In this document: positions 1 through 14,657 of the stretch, in pieces
Layout of the letters: each line of letters opens with the position of its first letter
Numbering within the stretch: position 1 is the first letter of the stretch
Source of the DNA: Callorhinchus milii
Taxonomy: Eukaryota
Direction: 5' to 3'
DNA: 64,000 nucleotides
NCBI RefSeq assembly: GCF_018977255.1
Contig: NW_024704743.1
Location: 49,416,001 to 49,480,000, forward strand
Made by a program: the position numbers and the translations under genes
Notes under the pieces: generated by a model
Told to the model about the DNA's origin: nothing
The model's input: the letters and a program-made list of their open reading frames with translations, nothing else
Database searches by the model: none

Positions 1-859
1 AAGCGCTGGCGCGAGGCAATCAGGAGGGCCTCACTCTTGTTCACATTCAACTGTAGGAAGATTAATAGATTAATAGCTAAAATGAAGGTGGTTCATTATG
101 ATGAGAAACTGAATAAACTTGGGTTATATTCCTTAGAGCTTAGGAGGTTAGGGGAATTGACAAGTTAGATCATAGATGGCAACAACAATGACAACAACAC
201 AGCAGGTTGCATTTATATAACACCTTCACGTGGTGGACAATTATTCTTTTATATAAAAAAACCAAAGAGGTGCTGCAATTTTTGGTGCAGTTTATAAAAA
301 TGAATGCTGGCCTACCAGGGAAAAACAAAGAGTTTCTCTTAATATCAGGATTCGATCCCTGATCAGCTACTAGAGCCACGAGGTGATCAAACACTAGAGC
401 CAAGGTGCCAAACCAAATACTGGGTTTCAAACAAAACATTCTTTAAGAAAAAAATGAACTGGAGACTTTAACTGGAAAAGCTTAACCTACAAAAACTAAA
501 AATGAAAAATCTAAATAGATCTCTATAAAGGTCCCCTCTGAGATATCTCCTTTGCAGTCAGATAATCCCCAGTTGATCTAGTTGTTCCTCTTAGCTCATC
601 TCTCCAACAAGGTGGATAAGCTTTGTTGCTCATCTATTCCGTCTGTAGTCACAGCAACCAGAACAGTACTCAGTGCTTTAGGTGCAGCCTGACCAAAGCA
701 CTGTACAACTTGACCTTCAAATAGCCGAAGAAGCTCGGCATATAGCACTTTACCTATGAGTTGGAACAACTCAGTTTGTGGCATACAATAACCCTTAATT
801 TGCATTATGCTGAAATGATTTGCATTTTTTAACTTCTGCCAAGTGTAGTGACCATTGGC

Positions 860-1066
860 AGCTGCGCTTTCAGCCACTAACCCCGAAACTCTGGAACACT
901 GTTCATCTATTCCTCCGCCTTGCGCTTTCCATCCCCATTTTCAAGTCGCACCTGAAGACCTTCCTATTCAACCGTTCCTACGGTCACCTCCCCCTCCCCT
1001 TGGCTCGGAGTCATGCTGTCACTGTCGAGCACTCTGGGTCGCTATATGAATGCAAGTTGTTGTTAA
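860..1066 (+). mobile_element. L2 3' end
   Basis: PKLWN...FKSHLKTFLF and TATGAATGCAAGTTGTTGTT tail. Confidence 0.8.
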
Positions 1067-2339
1067 CTATATTTGTAGTTAAACATGGCAGCCAATTTAT
1101 GACTGTAAGGTGCCACAGACGGCCATGATCAATTCAGAAAGAGATTATTTAAACAGTATCATTGGATCTTCAATGTTCACCTGACGATAGGTAAACAGGA
1201 CCCCAGTTGAATGCCTCTTCTGAAGGGCAGCACTTTAACAACATAGGTTTCTCCCCCTACTATCACCAAATAAGTCTCAGAAGAATCTCTGAAAAACCAC
1301 GCAAGTAAAAGAAACAGGTCAGAAATAAACAGGACAAGGGGACACTCCGGCTACATACACAAGCTATATATACACATAGAGTAATGTTAAAACTAACAAA
1401 CCATTTAGTATTTATTTTTACATCATAAACCAAACAGCCACACATTAGTTTGCAGTGTAACAAAGAGTGAAGTATCCTTCCCAAAGCATGATAACTGCTA
1501 ATGCAAACCAGAGCTCATGTTTTTAATCTCAGGAAGAGGAAAAGCATTTCTTTCTGTCTGGCAAATCGACACAGCGTCACAAACTACAGCGCTGTAGTAG
1601 ATTATTGCTCCCTTTGTGGTGAAACAATGAACAGTTTACACTCCAACTTTTGCCCACAAAACATGGACAATTCACTTTTCAGTATATTCTGTGAAGTGCA
1701 TTGAGATGTGTCGAAGATGTGATAAGGCCCTATATCAAATGCCAGGATTATTATTATTTGAAGCACTTCTAATAATTTTACTTTAAATGGATAATGAAAG
1801 AAAATATCAGGATGAAGGTGTGTGGTTTACAAGTTATAAGTTTCAAACTCAAGCTGTTAATATTCCACAGTTCAGACCAGGGGGCAGCCAAGCAGAAACC
1901 AATCAGAATGGTCCACAATATTTACATATAAATCCTGTAGATTTATAGATCATAAAAACCTACATGAAAGGGCAGCTTTTAGCTTTTATACTAGTGTGAA
2001 CTTTTATTTTGGGAGGGAGGCGAGTGAAAGAAGTGGACATCTGAAGTTTATTCCACGGATATTAAATATATTTTGCTGTTTCCAAATTCTGCCTCAACAA
2101 TAATCATGGAAAATGTAATAAAGTGATACATTAAAACAAATCTGGAGAGGTGAGAGGTCTATCGAAGTACTCCAATTAAGAATGAGCTTCCAAATCTTCT
2201 GAGCAGCATGAATCGAATGCTAACACAGGCATTTTATTTTGGGAAATGGACAAATTCACGTCCCTCCTGCTTCATCCAAAAACAAAATAATTTACAAATA
2301 CCTCATCAAAATAGCATCTGATAGCTGGGTTCAAAGCTT

Positions 2340-2752
2340 ATTATACAATAATGTTATTATTGATTATTGACCCTTTCACTTTCATTGAGATGTCTCAAAG
2401 TACTTCACAGCATTTACTATAACGTGTAGTGACTGAATTTTGTAGGTGAACTTGGTAGCCAATTTGTGCACAGCAATATCCCACAAACTGCCACAAAGTG
2501 AATGACCAATTTATCTGGGGAACTGTTGGCCAGTAACTCTCTTCGCTTTTCAAATAGTGTCATGTGATCTTTTACATCCACCCAAATAGACATAAACAGG
2601 ACCTCAGTGTAATGTCTCAACTGAAGCACAGCATCTCATTTAATAGAACATTCATCAGACACTGCACTAGATCATCTGCCTAGACAAGAGTGCAAAGTCC
2701 CTGAAGTGAGGCTCAAACCCACAACCTTCTGAAAGTGCTACCAAGGAGCCAC
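2340..2752 (-). mobile_element. Older DeuSINE (SacSINE1/AmnSINE-like), diverged
   Basis: Minus strand reads ...CAGAAGGTTGTGGGTTTGAG...GATGTAAAAGATCACATGACACTATTTGAAAAG...TGTGGGATATTGCTGTGCACAAATTGGCTACC. Confidence 0.7.
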
Positions 2753-5700
2753 ATGGACATCTAAGAGATTGCTTTAGAGTAGGATTTTTATTTATTTCAA
2801 TCTTCATACTGACCCTTAAGCTTAATCAGAAAAAGTAATACAGTATGTCCTTGCAAAATAGGCCTCAATTTCGGGATTTATGAATTTTGACTTCTTTTGG
2901 CAACTTCACAGCAAATCCTGTGTTGCACGTTGAGATGTTCTTCTGACATGAAAAAGCAAGGATTATTATATTTTGGAAGGTGGAAAGGCAAAATGAATGA
3001 ATGAATAAATAAATGAATGGTCAACCTTTGCCTGAAATTGAGATTCAAATGGTTAATTGTACAAAGAACAAAAGTGACTATCATCTTTGGAGGGTGATAA
3101 GTGGGGCCTCCTTGGAGATGAACTGGTTCTAAGGTCACATATTTGGCAACATGTAAGAACCAAGTCAAGCCTCTGTGACAGGCTTCATGGTCCAGTTCAC
3201 GAGCCAGGAGGGTTCACAGTACTCCGGGTCACTGTTGATGACAGACCAGGCAGCACAGTTCATCCATCAGTAAGACTTGGAAGGGCAGACCAGTCACTGG
3301 GGGCAGAGATCCTTCCCACTCAGCTCCCATTAACCCAGCAAGCCAAAGCCCCAACAGGCAGGGTAGTCCTTCCTGGACAAGCAGCAGGAATCTTGCCAGT
3401 TAATAGCAGCCAATGCGTTTTTCAGCAATTCGCTACACCACATGAAGGGCGCTATATAAATTGTTGTTTTAGCTGGTTAAAATTAAGTAATACCTGAACA
3501 AATGCAATGGGGTCGCAAGTCTGGTTTCTTGCCAACCTGCACAAATTACTCTCCAGAATTGGGCAAGCAGGGTGCATCCCTTTAGGGAGAAAGTGCACAT
3601 CTGATTCCAAATGCTGCAATTTCCATGTGTAGGTGGCATATGTATGTGGAACTTTCAGTCTGGTTTGATTACTAATATGCATGGTGCTGGGTTTCCACAT
3701 GTGTCAGACACTGGCTGATGAAAAAATAAACTGACAAGCTTAACTAGCTGAAACATTGAATAGATTTTATCATCTCTCACTCTCTCTCTTCCGCTCCCCC
3801 CCAACCATGAGATCAGCTACAAAAGGATTTACAAAAGTCCCTTGGGGATTTTGTTTTTCTAACTCTATAAACAATCACACAGAATGATGAAAAATCTAAG
3901 TTGCTAACTAAGCCCTTTGGCTGCATATTTCAAGTGATTTACAGTCACTCACTGCCAGTGCACACAGTGTGTATGTGAAGCCAGGGATAGTGTTGGTGAG
4001 AATTCTAGTGCTGGTAGGAGGTGGGTCACCATGAAGAGAAGCAATGACACAGAAGCCATACATGAGATACCGAATATGCAAACCTGTTACACGAGACAGA
4101 CAGAATCCACAGGAGTTTCTTACTCAGCAGAGAGACCACAATCTTGTTGCTCTGCTTCTGGCAATCCCCAAACTTAAACTGCTCCACTTTCAAACAGTTT
4201 TGATCAGCGTTAAATTGAATATCTTACGTGATGACTAAAACCACTCTAATGTAACGAACTTTCTGGTGGCCTCTTGTAGATGGGGGATTTTTCCCTTCAA
4301 TAATCCATTTGTAACAAAATGTCACCACCTTGGCAAGTGCACAGTCAAACAGAAACTCGTGGCATTTTATGTTCCTTCGCTGGCAGATGAATAGAGGTAA
4401 ATGTCTGAATGCCACCAATATAATTTAACTACAACGCACTCACTGAACGTAAGTGATCTACGTTACATAGAATCTAATACAATGAAACGGATCACTGTGC
4501 CCAACTAGTCTATGCCAATCTTTATACTCCACGAGTCTCCACCTCTACTAATTACCTCTCTCAAACCCTCTTATTCCCTTCTCACTCAATGTTCTGCCAC
4601 AAGAAAAACAAAGACTAAGAAAACCAGCTACTGAATGGATAGCAAAACTATTTTGCAGATATAAAAGTATAAACATGAAAGTGCTACTTGGGATTGTATT
4701 GAGCTATTTAGGCCAAGTGCACAGCTTTTGCACGACTATAAGCCACTACAATGATTTTGTGATCCCAAACAACAGCACAGGGGGCCAAAAAAAGCAGGAG
4801 CAAAGTTACACGATGTTCAGGCACATCTACCAGCCTTCTCTGCAGTTGCTTGGGTAACAGAGATCACAAAAAAAATTCTAATTGTTTGCACATGCAATTA
4901 CATCAAAAAGCTTGTGCATGCCGAGGACATCACCTGCTTGCGAAAAGCAGCCTCAGCAGTCAGTCAAGGTCCTGGCTCCTGTTTCTTACTGAATTTGGGG
5001 AATCCAGAATCACAAGATGCAAGATCCATTAATGAGTTTGCCTATCGCAGCTCCATGTAGCGAAATAGTTGGGGGTGAAACAAGTGTCTTTTGTGTCTCT
5101 GTTGTCCCCTTCGCTTCAGATAGTTACTAGTCCAGGTCCATGTTTAACCATGATATATGGTACACATCAGTTTGTAAAGAAGTTGCTCATCTAGTTTCTA
5201 ACACAGAATGTTTAGAACCTATGTACACAAAGCCATATGGCTTCCACTGCCATGCAGGACGTCATCTCCTTGAAGTTGGTCAAACAATATAATCTTCCGT
5301 TTTGCTTCCAATGATTTTCCAGTGGGGCTTCAATTTTCATGTATGGCTCAGTCATGCTTTTTGAATGCCAGAACCACGGTAGTTTGTTTCCAGTGTGTCA
5401 GGACATTTTCAAAATGTTCACCGATTCCCTGAAAAGTACTGTCTCCATTCTGGACTCGCTATATGCAGTTTTTTTTAGTGGACAACATGAACGGTTATAA
5501 ACCGCACTCACTCAGCACGTGGGCTTATTCAAGGTGAAGCCACAACACAAAACAGCAAACATTTCACTTTTGACTTACTAAACAAAATTACTGTATTTAC
5601 TGTAAATGGTCAGAATGAAGTCAAATTGTTTCCCAGGACATATCAATTGCTCTCTCCGCTTTATATAAAGGAAGCATTTGCGGTTTCAACTTTTCACTCA

Positions 5701-6440
5701 CTTCAACGGTAACAATATGCAGCTGGAAGAATCAATGATTGTAAAGTAAATTATGTTGTACAATCAAGATCCTAATCAACCCGTAAAAAGCTTCTCTGAG
5801 GGCCTAGTTGGCAAAGGCACTGTCGAGTGTAGAATCAAGCCCTCCACACCAGAATGCTCCACATGAGAATAACCGTGCTGATTTAGCTGACGTAAGCCAA
5901 GCCAGCAATTGAGCTGTACAACACTGCCAAGCTAAGTGGCCGGGGGGGGGGAGAAGGAAAGAGAAAAATCAATGGATGTGTGGATGGTCTGGGGAGGATG
6001 TGGCTTGTAATCAAAACTGACACTCCAGTTCAGCACTGGGGGACTGACACACCTGATGCAGACCTTCAGGGGATACAGCAAACCCAAGTCCCAACTTGCT
6101 CAGTCGGACGTCAAAAAAATTCCACAACAGTATTCGAAAAGAGGAAGGGAGTTTCTCCTGATGACCTAACTAACATTCCTCCAGACAAATTGGTCATTTG
6201 CCTCATGGTAACCTGTGGGACCTGTTATCACGAAAAATAACTATCACCTTTACCCACAGAAATAGTCACCAAAATTGACAACCACGCCAACTTGTATTTA
6301 CATAACATCTTTCACACAGAGTAGCATCTCAGAGTGCTGAAGGGCTCCAGAGCACCAATAGTAATTATTGTATTGTGCCTTTAAGGCATTTGATATAAGG
6401 TGCTGAAAAAATGCCTTCTTTCTAAAAGTACATAAATAAA

Positions 6441-6811
6441 TGGAGTTCTGTATCTTCATGGTTAGAGCACTGGCCTCGCAGGGGAGAGAACTTGGGTTTA
6501 AACCCTGGGCAGGGTGAAACTTTGGGTGAATTTCCTTACTCCACATGCTTCTGTTTACCTAGCAGTAAGTAGGAACCTGTTTGTTAGTCGACTGGCGGGT
6601 CACTTTTCTGTGAGTAATAATCCCTTAAAAATAAATAATAATTTGGTCACTCAATCCACGACCGTTTATGGGACACTGCTGTGCGCAATTGGCTGCCGCA
6701 TTTTGCCCACAAAATATACAGTCAATTCACTTTACAGTATATTCTGTGAAGCACTTTGAAACGTCTCAAAGATGTGAAAAGACTATTTCAAATGCAAGGA
6801 TTATTATTATT
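6441..6811 (+). mobile_element. Young tRNA-derived Deu-domain SINE, long form
   Basis: tRNA-like head, TGCTGTGCGCAATTGGCTGCCGC core, L2-like tail ending (TTA)n. Confidence 0.9.
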
Positions 6812-7997
6812 TTAAATCCAGTGTGAAAACAGAAATACCCACTATCGAGCAAAAGACCTTTATTCCCAGCCTTCACTGTAAAGAGTCAGGGAATAAAGTT
6901 GAATATTTTTGACAGAGTATTTCCTCCATCCCCCTCCCCCACCACATACAAGAAACTGGATGCAGCAGGTTTAACCAGCCCCTTTTACAATCGCAATGTC
7001 GGATCCCTGGCTCACTTAAATTACTTGCTGTACTGAACCACATCAAAAGCAGTTTACAAGCAGGCGACACTTAATGTCCATAATCAATGAAAGGAAGAAC
7101 GAGTCAGGTTACAACAGGCCTTGACCACCTTGTTTCAATAATCCACCTTCAGACAAGCAGCAGCTGGTGAAGATCTAATTTCAGCAGCACTGGGTCCTCT
7201 CCAGCTGCTAGTTTATCATGTGTGGTTACCTTGATGAAAAGGTTTCCCCTTTCCCTTTACCACTTGATATGTACAATAACGCAGATGAAACACTGAGGGT
7301 TGCATACAGTTGGACGAGTTGGATTTTGAGTTCTATAAAAGCACCAGTGAACAGTTAGTTATCTTACACTTGAATGTAGTAAAAGGAGGGTTGTGACCAT
7401 CTGCCAGACCTAAACGTCCTTGGATTCTTGGCAATACGCTACAATTTAGTCCAATGTGTAATATTCTGCCTGTACTGTACTAATTTTAAACCATATTTAT
7501 AGGTCATTGTTTCAGCACAAATTCATTGTGTCAAAGTGTATTCATCATTGAATAAACCACCGGGGGGTTAGCAAAAGAAGCAGATTGAAAAGAAAGTTCG
7601 GAGTTTCTATAAACAGGTTTTGCCCAGTATCATGGGATTTTAAAATAAAATATCAGTTATGTTCCAAACTACGTCAACGGAATACAATCCAATTCCGGCG
7701 ATGTTTTTGGGTGTGATTCAGCACAATTGTTTGAATTACAAATTATTCCAGAGGTGGACAGCCAGTCCTCAAATGTTCTGTACTCACAATTCCTCATCAG
7801 GTTTCTATGGAAATCATTGATATCACTCACTGAAAACAGTAGGTGAGAATACATGGACAATTTGACTAAACTCAACAAATGAGTTTTGCTGAGCTGAGAT
7901 GCTTGCTGAGCAAAGGGAGTAATGGGTTGATTAATAAATTGTTAGAATGAAGCCTGAGAAACTTCAATGATCCATTGGGGGTGAAAAGCCAGTGGAG

Positions 7998-8300
7998 TCA
8001 ACAACAACAATTTCCAGTTATATAGTGCTTTTCACATTAGGAAGACGTCCCAAGATGCTGGACATTCAAGGGTTTGCACCCGAGCAAGTAACTGGAATCA
8101 AGAGGTGTGAAGATCAAAGGGGGATGGGGGTGGGAGGATGACTGAAGGCACGATCAAAGAGGAGGGTCTTGATGTGGGCCTTGAAGAAGGCAAGGGAGTG
8201 CGAGGCGGAGGAGCTGACAAGAGCCAAGCAGGTGAGTCTGCAGCTTGTGCAGGGAAGGAGGTGGAGTTCAACAAGCAGGGTGTTACAGTAATCGAGCCTG
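7998..8300 (-). mobile_element. L2 3' fragment
   Basis: SRLDYCN and FKAHIKTLLFDRAF; (TTG)n tail. Confidence 0.75.
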
Positions 8301-9896
8301 GAGGCGATGAATATTATCATTGTTGCTTTTCATACAGTACCTTTCACGTCAGGAGTGCTTCTAACAGCAGCGCAGGATTTTACTGTAGTAAAGTGTAGTG
8401 ACTGTGTATTGTTTTGAAGGCAAATATCTGACAATTACAACTTTCATTACCCAACAGTCTTACATAGGACAGCAGCTGGGGTGGGGGAGAGAAGAGAACA
8501 TGACGCAGGCTGATGATATTGTGAGAACAGAGCGAATGCAAGTTCCAACGTAAGGTTTGAAGCACAGCTGGGGGTTGAGCAAGACATGAAGGTTCGGGAG
8601 GTGCAGTGAGGAATCCATGCAGTATGATGCCATCAGCAGCTGTGAGGAGATGCTGACAAAAATACTAATACTTGCATTCGGTGTAGAGCTTCATTACATC
8701 ATTCAGACGTCTCAAAGCGCTCCCAGAATATACTAAAGTGTATTGACTGTATATTCTGTGGTGCGAAAAAATTGCGTACAGCAGTTTTCCGCAAACAGAT
8801 AAGAGCCAAGCAAGAGACCCTCAGTCTCGTCGACATTCAACTGCCAAAAGACAGAACTCATCCAGGATTTGATGTCTATCAGGTAAATTGATCAGAACAG
8901 CATTGGTCCTAGAATCGAGGCTAGATTGAGCCTGGTGTCCTTCCAAGCACATGTAGAAGTGAACCTCATGTCTACAGGTGGGGCTGCATATAGGTGACAA
9001 GGAAGAGAGGACCAAGGAGAGAACCCCGAGGATAAACGTATGGGACTCGTGGTTGTTAACGGCTCAGTTTAACTGCAGGCACCAATTCAATGCGCTCTCA
9101 AGTGGATTAATTCCACTATAGAGTAAACCACAGTTAAGGTGTCCCTGCTCCACATCATTCCCATCTGGGCTGAGGCGATGGAAAGCAGATCTTTGTGGTA
9201 CACAACCGAGCCACAGCATTTTTAAGTTATTAAAGAGCTAGAAGTATGGCTCATCTCCAACAGCAACATTGGACAACTAAGAACTTTTAAACTCGATTTT
9301 GTTTTAAGCATAATAGTGCACTCTGCATCAAAACAATTTACGCTGCTGCTGTTCACAGATAATTCATAAACTATCTCTATCTCTACAACAGAATTATTAA
9401 ATCAATGTCACTCAAATCTCGAGTTTTCCTATATACCAAACATCTATTTGATGCAGAAATATCATTGATAAAATGTGCAATGTAACTGCATACAAGGTTT
9501 CCCAACTGAATACTGGATTAATTGGGCAGACTGAAATTGCCAATAATTTTGGCGTAAATTTGCAGTCTGTAATTTGCAATGTGGGACACTGCTGTGCGCA
9601 ATTGGCTGCCGTGTTTTGCCCACAAGTATACAGTCAATTCACCTTACAGTCTATTTTTTGGAGCGCTTTGAGATGTCGAGAAGACGTGAAAAGCGCTATA
9701 TCAAATGCAAGGATTATTATTTATTATTAATCTTGCTCAAAGGGCCAGAAAAGCAGCACAGAAATATTACATATGTAAAGGTTTCTCTCTTCTGATATTG
9801 GGGCTAGTTTAAGAACAGGGCAGGTTAGATAAGATTTGCAGATCTTAACTCAACATCCCATCAGTGCTATAAATGACTTGGAAGTGTTCGATGCTT

Positions 9897-10262
9897 GTGG
9901 AGTCCTGCAGCTCAGTGGTTAGAGCACTCGCCGCATAAGCGAGAGACCTGGGTTCAATTCCCGGCAGGGCGAAAGGTTGGGCAAGTTTCCTTACTCCACA
10001 TGCCTCTGTTTATCTAGCAGTAAGTAGGAACCTGGCTGTTAGTCAATTGGCAGATTATTTTTCCGGAGGTAATAATTCCTTAAAAAAATAATAAATTGAT
10101 CACTTCAATCCACATTTGTGGGACACCGTGCGCAATTGGCTGCCACATTTCGCTCACAAAGTATATAGTCAATTCACTTAACAGTATATTCTGCGAAGCT
10201 CTTTGAGACGTCTCGAAGACGTGATAAGGCACTATATCAAATGCAAGGATTATTATTATTAT
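9897..10262 (+). mobile_element. Young tRNA SINE, long form
   Basis: A box AGCTCAGTGG, B box GGTTCAATTCC, same body and tail. Confidence 0.92.
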
Positions 10263-12429
10263 TTGGGTGCTTGAAATGGGGAAGGTTCCATCATTTCGAA
10301 GCGCTAAATGACTTTCACCTTGAGATGGCAAAACTTGATATTGAAGAGGAAAAAAAGGCTTTTGCTGAAATCTGGTACATATTTCAGCTGATGAGCACAA
10401 GGGAAAACTGCACACCAAGCACAAGCACCACTCCTGGACCTGACACATCACCCGTCTTTCTTTAATAATAAATGTAGAACTGGCACCATGTAAATATTTC
10501 ATCAATGCAGAGTGGATTAATGAAATATCAATATTCGGACAGGATACAGCATGAATTAAAATTCCATTATACTAATGACAGAAACCACAACAGGACAATG
10601 TCTGGGGGGAGGCAAGGGGGAGAGAAATCACAAGTTTATTGACTCATTTTGACATATGGTGTCCTTAAGCCATCTTATCTAGGAATTTGGCAAGATCCAA
10701 CTGTAAAAAAAAGTCTTTTTTTTGCAGTTTTGAGCAATACCACATTTAAGTTGTATGAAAATGCAGCGTTAAGTAGTACTGAGTGCTAAAGCAACAACTG
10801 TGAACAAGAGAATGCACAAAGATGTGAATAGAGTAGAAAGATACCCAATATTTTAGGAGAACTCTTCAACTTAAGAGGGCTTTCAACAAAAGGCCAGAAG
10901 TCTCCACTTCAATATCGTTTAAAAAAGATGCTATAAAAAGTAGTCAGTGCTCCAAGCCACTATCATGTGTGAATATTATTATTATTATGGGCACTATATA
11001 AATGCAAGCTGTTGTTGTTATGGCACAACACTGAAATTAGTATTTTTTGTGGTAACTTATGCAATACTATTTTTGCTCACTCAAGTACCCCACAATGTTG
11101 AATATATTCCAGTGCGGATAAAAAATTTAAAGTAAATAAGTACAAATCCTTGCATATGTCAATGACATCTTGACAGAACTTCACAAAGATGATGGGGATC
11201 ACCAAGCAAGGAGGAAAGGAGGGCATCTTGACAGAACTGACGGTCAGATACATTTTAAGATGGTTGTCAAGGAAATAAAGGCAGAGATTTGGGGGAAGGT
11301 ACTTTCCAGAAAATGTCTCAGAATGTTAGTAGCAAATTTCAGTTCTGCACAACCACAGGTACACAATTAGACCTACAATGTTCACAATAAGCTTGCGATC
11401 ATAAATGGCCCTTGGAACAGACAACAATAATATCTTGGCCACATTGTAGGGAGCACAGTCAGCAGCAAGGCCACCCAAAAGAAACAGTCCACAGTGCAGA
11501 CTGGATGCTCAGGAAGGGTTACACCCATGACCTTTCAAAATGATTTACTTTTCACTATGGTGGGAGGATTACACATCTGACTGTATATCAAAGAATTCTT
11601 TTTTTAAAAAAACATTTTTAAAAAAACACCGAGAGCGTGGATGCAACAAAGATCGGCCCTGAAAGTGCTCACTGTGGTGATTCGCAGCTCTCGTGGCCTC
11701 TGCGTGCTTTCCCATTATCAACATAGGCATCGAAGATTTAAAAATTCCCTAGTCTCACAATGTCTACCAATAACTGCATTGAGTCAATGCCAGACAATTA
11801 AGATCTGTTTCACTACCAGAGTATATTAGTCAGAGGAATTTAGCTTCATGCTTACTGGAAATGCCACAGGCTACAGCATTAATCTAGTTGATTTAAAGAG
11901 AATGCCCAAATCTCCTTAGGGTACAAGCTTATGAATTTCATACATCACAAGTTTTTTTTAAAACATTAGGGATTTTCACTACACTGTTGATTCATTTACA
12001 ATAATAAATAATGATTCATTTACAATAATAAAGAATAATTCTTGCACGCCCACCAAAATTACAGTCAATCCACTTTACAGTAAATCATGTGAAGCGCTTT
12101 CAAACATCTAAATGATGTGAAAGGTACTATATCAAATGCAAGGATTATGATACATAGCATCTCATCACATTGTCAAAACATCTCAAAGAGCCTCACAGTA
12201 TTTACTATAAAATGTAGTTAAGGTATTTGTTAGACGAATAACATTGTAGTGACTAAACAATGTTAGTTTCCACTCATATCAAACAGAAGAGTACAAAAAT
12301 CCATGATGCTTGACAAATAGCTCATCAAAGTAATTTTATAGAAAACCTGGCCAGTCACTGGGAACAGGGATTCTTCCCCTCAACTCTAACTAATGGGTAG
12401 GGTGGCCCTAAGTGGACAAGCAGTGAGAA

Positions 12430-12779
12430 GCTTGCCTGATAGTGCTTTCAATGGCAAGCTATGCAGTTTTAGCTGTTTAGACCCTAGTAGTAGCCCAACG
12501 CACACTCTGGTGTCCGCGTGTCTCGGTTCTTGCTAACCTTCGGTAATTTCCAAGTGAGGTGGCACACATGGAATTCTCAGTTTGTTTTGGATATCTTAAG
12601 CATGATGATGGATTTCCACATGTGTCAGCCACCCAGCCTACCAAAAAGAAATATGATTTATGAAATATAGTCTGATACAGTAATTGCAAGCCATGAGCCA
12701 AGTAAATGCATCATAAACTACTGGCATCTAACCAGCTAAACGCTTAATAACTTGCTATTGAAAGCACTACCTGGCAAAG
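12430..12779. mobile_element. Old MITE-like element with ~50-bp terminal inverted repeats
   Basis: 12430-12480 is the imperfect reverse complement of 12728-12779; related sequence at ~3467-3752 and ~47621-47666. Confidence 0.65.
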
Positions 12780-12896
12780 TTCCAAGCTCTTTCAGGTGTC
12801 CTCCTGACATAAAAGGTGCTGCAGAAGTGTATATTGTATTGTATATACTTAAGTGTATAGAGTACAGAGTACGTACTCTATACACTTATCAGCTGT

Positions 12897-13265
12897 GTCA
12901 GCTAAAGTCAGTTGGTAGCACTTTCAGGTCAGAAAACAGTGGATTCAAGCTCTAAGTTGGAACTCTGTGTCTTGATCTAAGCTGCAATGCAGTAGTCCTG
13001 AATTCTCAAAGGTGCCATCTTTTGGATGAGATAGTAAACCGAGGTACTGTGTGCCTGTTTAGGTAGATGCTAACGATCCCAAGGTACTGACTGAGGTTCT
13101 CTTGCTGTCCTGGCCACAGACCTCCAGATTGTGTTTTTTTCCACCTGAATGTTGTCGGCGATGTGTTGATGGCAGAAATTGCTGCTACATTTGTCTTCAA
13201 AAACAGACATAAGAAGACAGTAACTATCTGTAAAGTTCTTTCCCATGTGCTATAAATCACAATTT
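12897..13265 (+). mobile_element. Older DeuSINE, diverged
   Basis: CAGTTGGTAGCAC head; GGTGCCATCTTTTGGATGAGATAGTAAACCGAGG body. Confidence 0.65.
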
Positions 13266-13604
13266 CTTTACCAGGTCTCTTATACCGCAAATAGTATGGC
13301 AGGCCAATTATATACTCTATGCTTAGTACAAAAGAAAGTGCTAAACATTCAGAATTAAACTGCAAAATGTAATCCCTGTGGGATTTTCATGGAGTTCTTT
13401 CTCTTTTCTAAAGACAATAAACCTAGTCTGTGAACAAGGGTTTTGCAGTGAATCTGGAGACAAAGGTTTGCCTTTGTGCACGATGCAAAAGATCCTCCAT
13501 TTCTGAACCACAAATTCGGCAGAGTTCTTGTATCAAAGCCTCCAAAATGGCTCAACCAATTCATCTGAAAATTAATCTCTGCTTCAAGTGACTTCAAAGA
13601 TATC

Positions 13605-13930
13605 AACAAAAGCAGCTTGCATTATGTAGCGACCTTCTTATTGTCTCGGAGCGCTTAACAGTGGCGGAGCCTGACTCAGAGCCAGGGGAGAGGGAGAGGG
13701 AAGGTAAGCACAATCAGAAAGAAGGTGTTCAGGTTTCAAAATTTCACAGCACTGTTTCACAGCCTCCAATGGTGGCCCTGAGGCGACGAGGGATAGGCAA
13801 GAGGCCGTAAACAGCCGAACAGAGTTGGTGCGTAGTGGAGTGGGGAGTAAGCAGGTCAGAAAGGCATGGAGGTGCCAGGGCATGAAGGGTTTTGTAGACG
13901 AGTGTGAGGATCTTGAAGTCAAATGGTGCA
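13605..13930 (-). mobile_element. L2 3' fragment
   Basis: Similar to 24084-24300 and 60427-60800. Confidence 0.65.
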
Positions 13931-14304
13931 GTCTAACGAGCCCAAGAATTAGCCTTTACAGATTTCAATGTAATTTCTGGCATTATGCAAAGTAAAATAT
14001 ATAAATAAAAGACCATCTCCTCCAAATGAGGAAGGTCCTGACGAAAATAAGCATCTATATCTAGAAGTCTAACAAGTATCTTTCTACTTAAAAACACATT
14101 TTGTGAGCACAATTATTTTACTATTTGTCTGGGAAGAACAGGCTTGTCATTTTCCAATTTTAATTGATTCACCGATTATTTTTTAAATTTTCTCCACTAA
14201 GGAGAAATTCCCTTTCTTATGAACAGCGATGTTATTGGAGGTGCAAAAAACAATCTTTTATCTGCAGCAGTTAACAAGAATGGCAAAATCCCTCAACAGG
14301 ACTT

Positions 14305-14657
14305 AATAACAATCTTTGCATTTGATATAGCTCCTTATCATATCTTCTAGACGTCTCAAAGCACTTCACAGAATATACTGTAAAGGAAATTGACTGTATA
14401 TTTTCTGGGCGAAACGCAGCAGCCAATTGGGCACAGCAGTGTCCCACAAGCAGTTGTAGATTGAGTGACAAAATTATTATTAGTTATTTATTTATTTTTT
14501 TGAAGGGATTATTACCCCCGGAAAAGCGATGTGCCAATCAACTAACAATCGGGTTCCTACTTACTCCTAGATGAACAGGGGCATGTGGAGTAAGGAAACT
14601 CGCGCAACTTTTTGCCCTGTCAGGAATCGAACGCTTGCGAGGCGAGTGCTCTAACCA
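14305..14657 (-). mobile_element. Young tRNA SINE, long form (5' end clipped by adjacent copy)
   Basis: Reverse complement of the family consensus. Confidence 0.88.
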
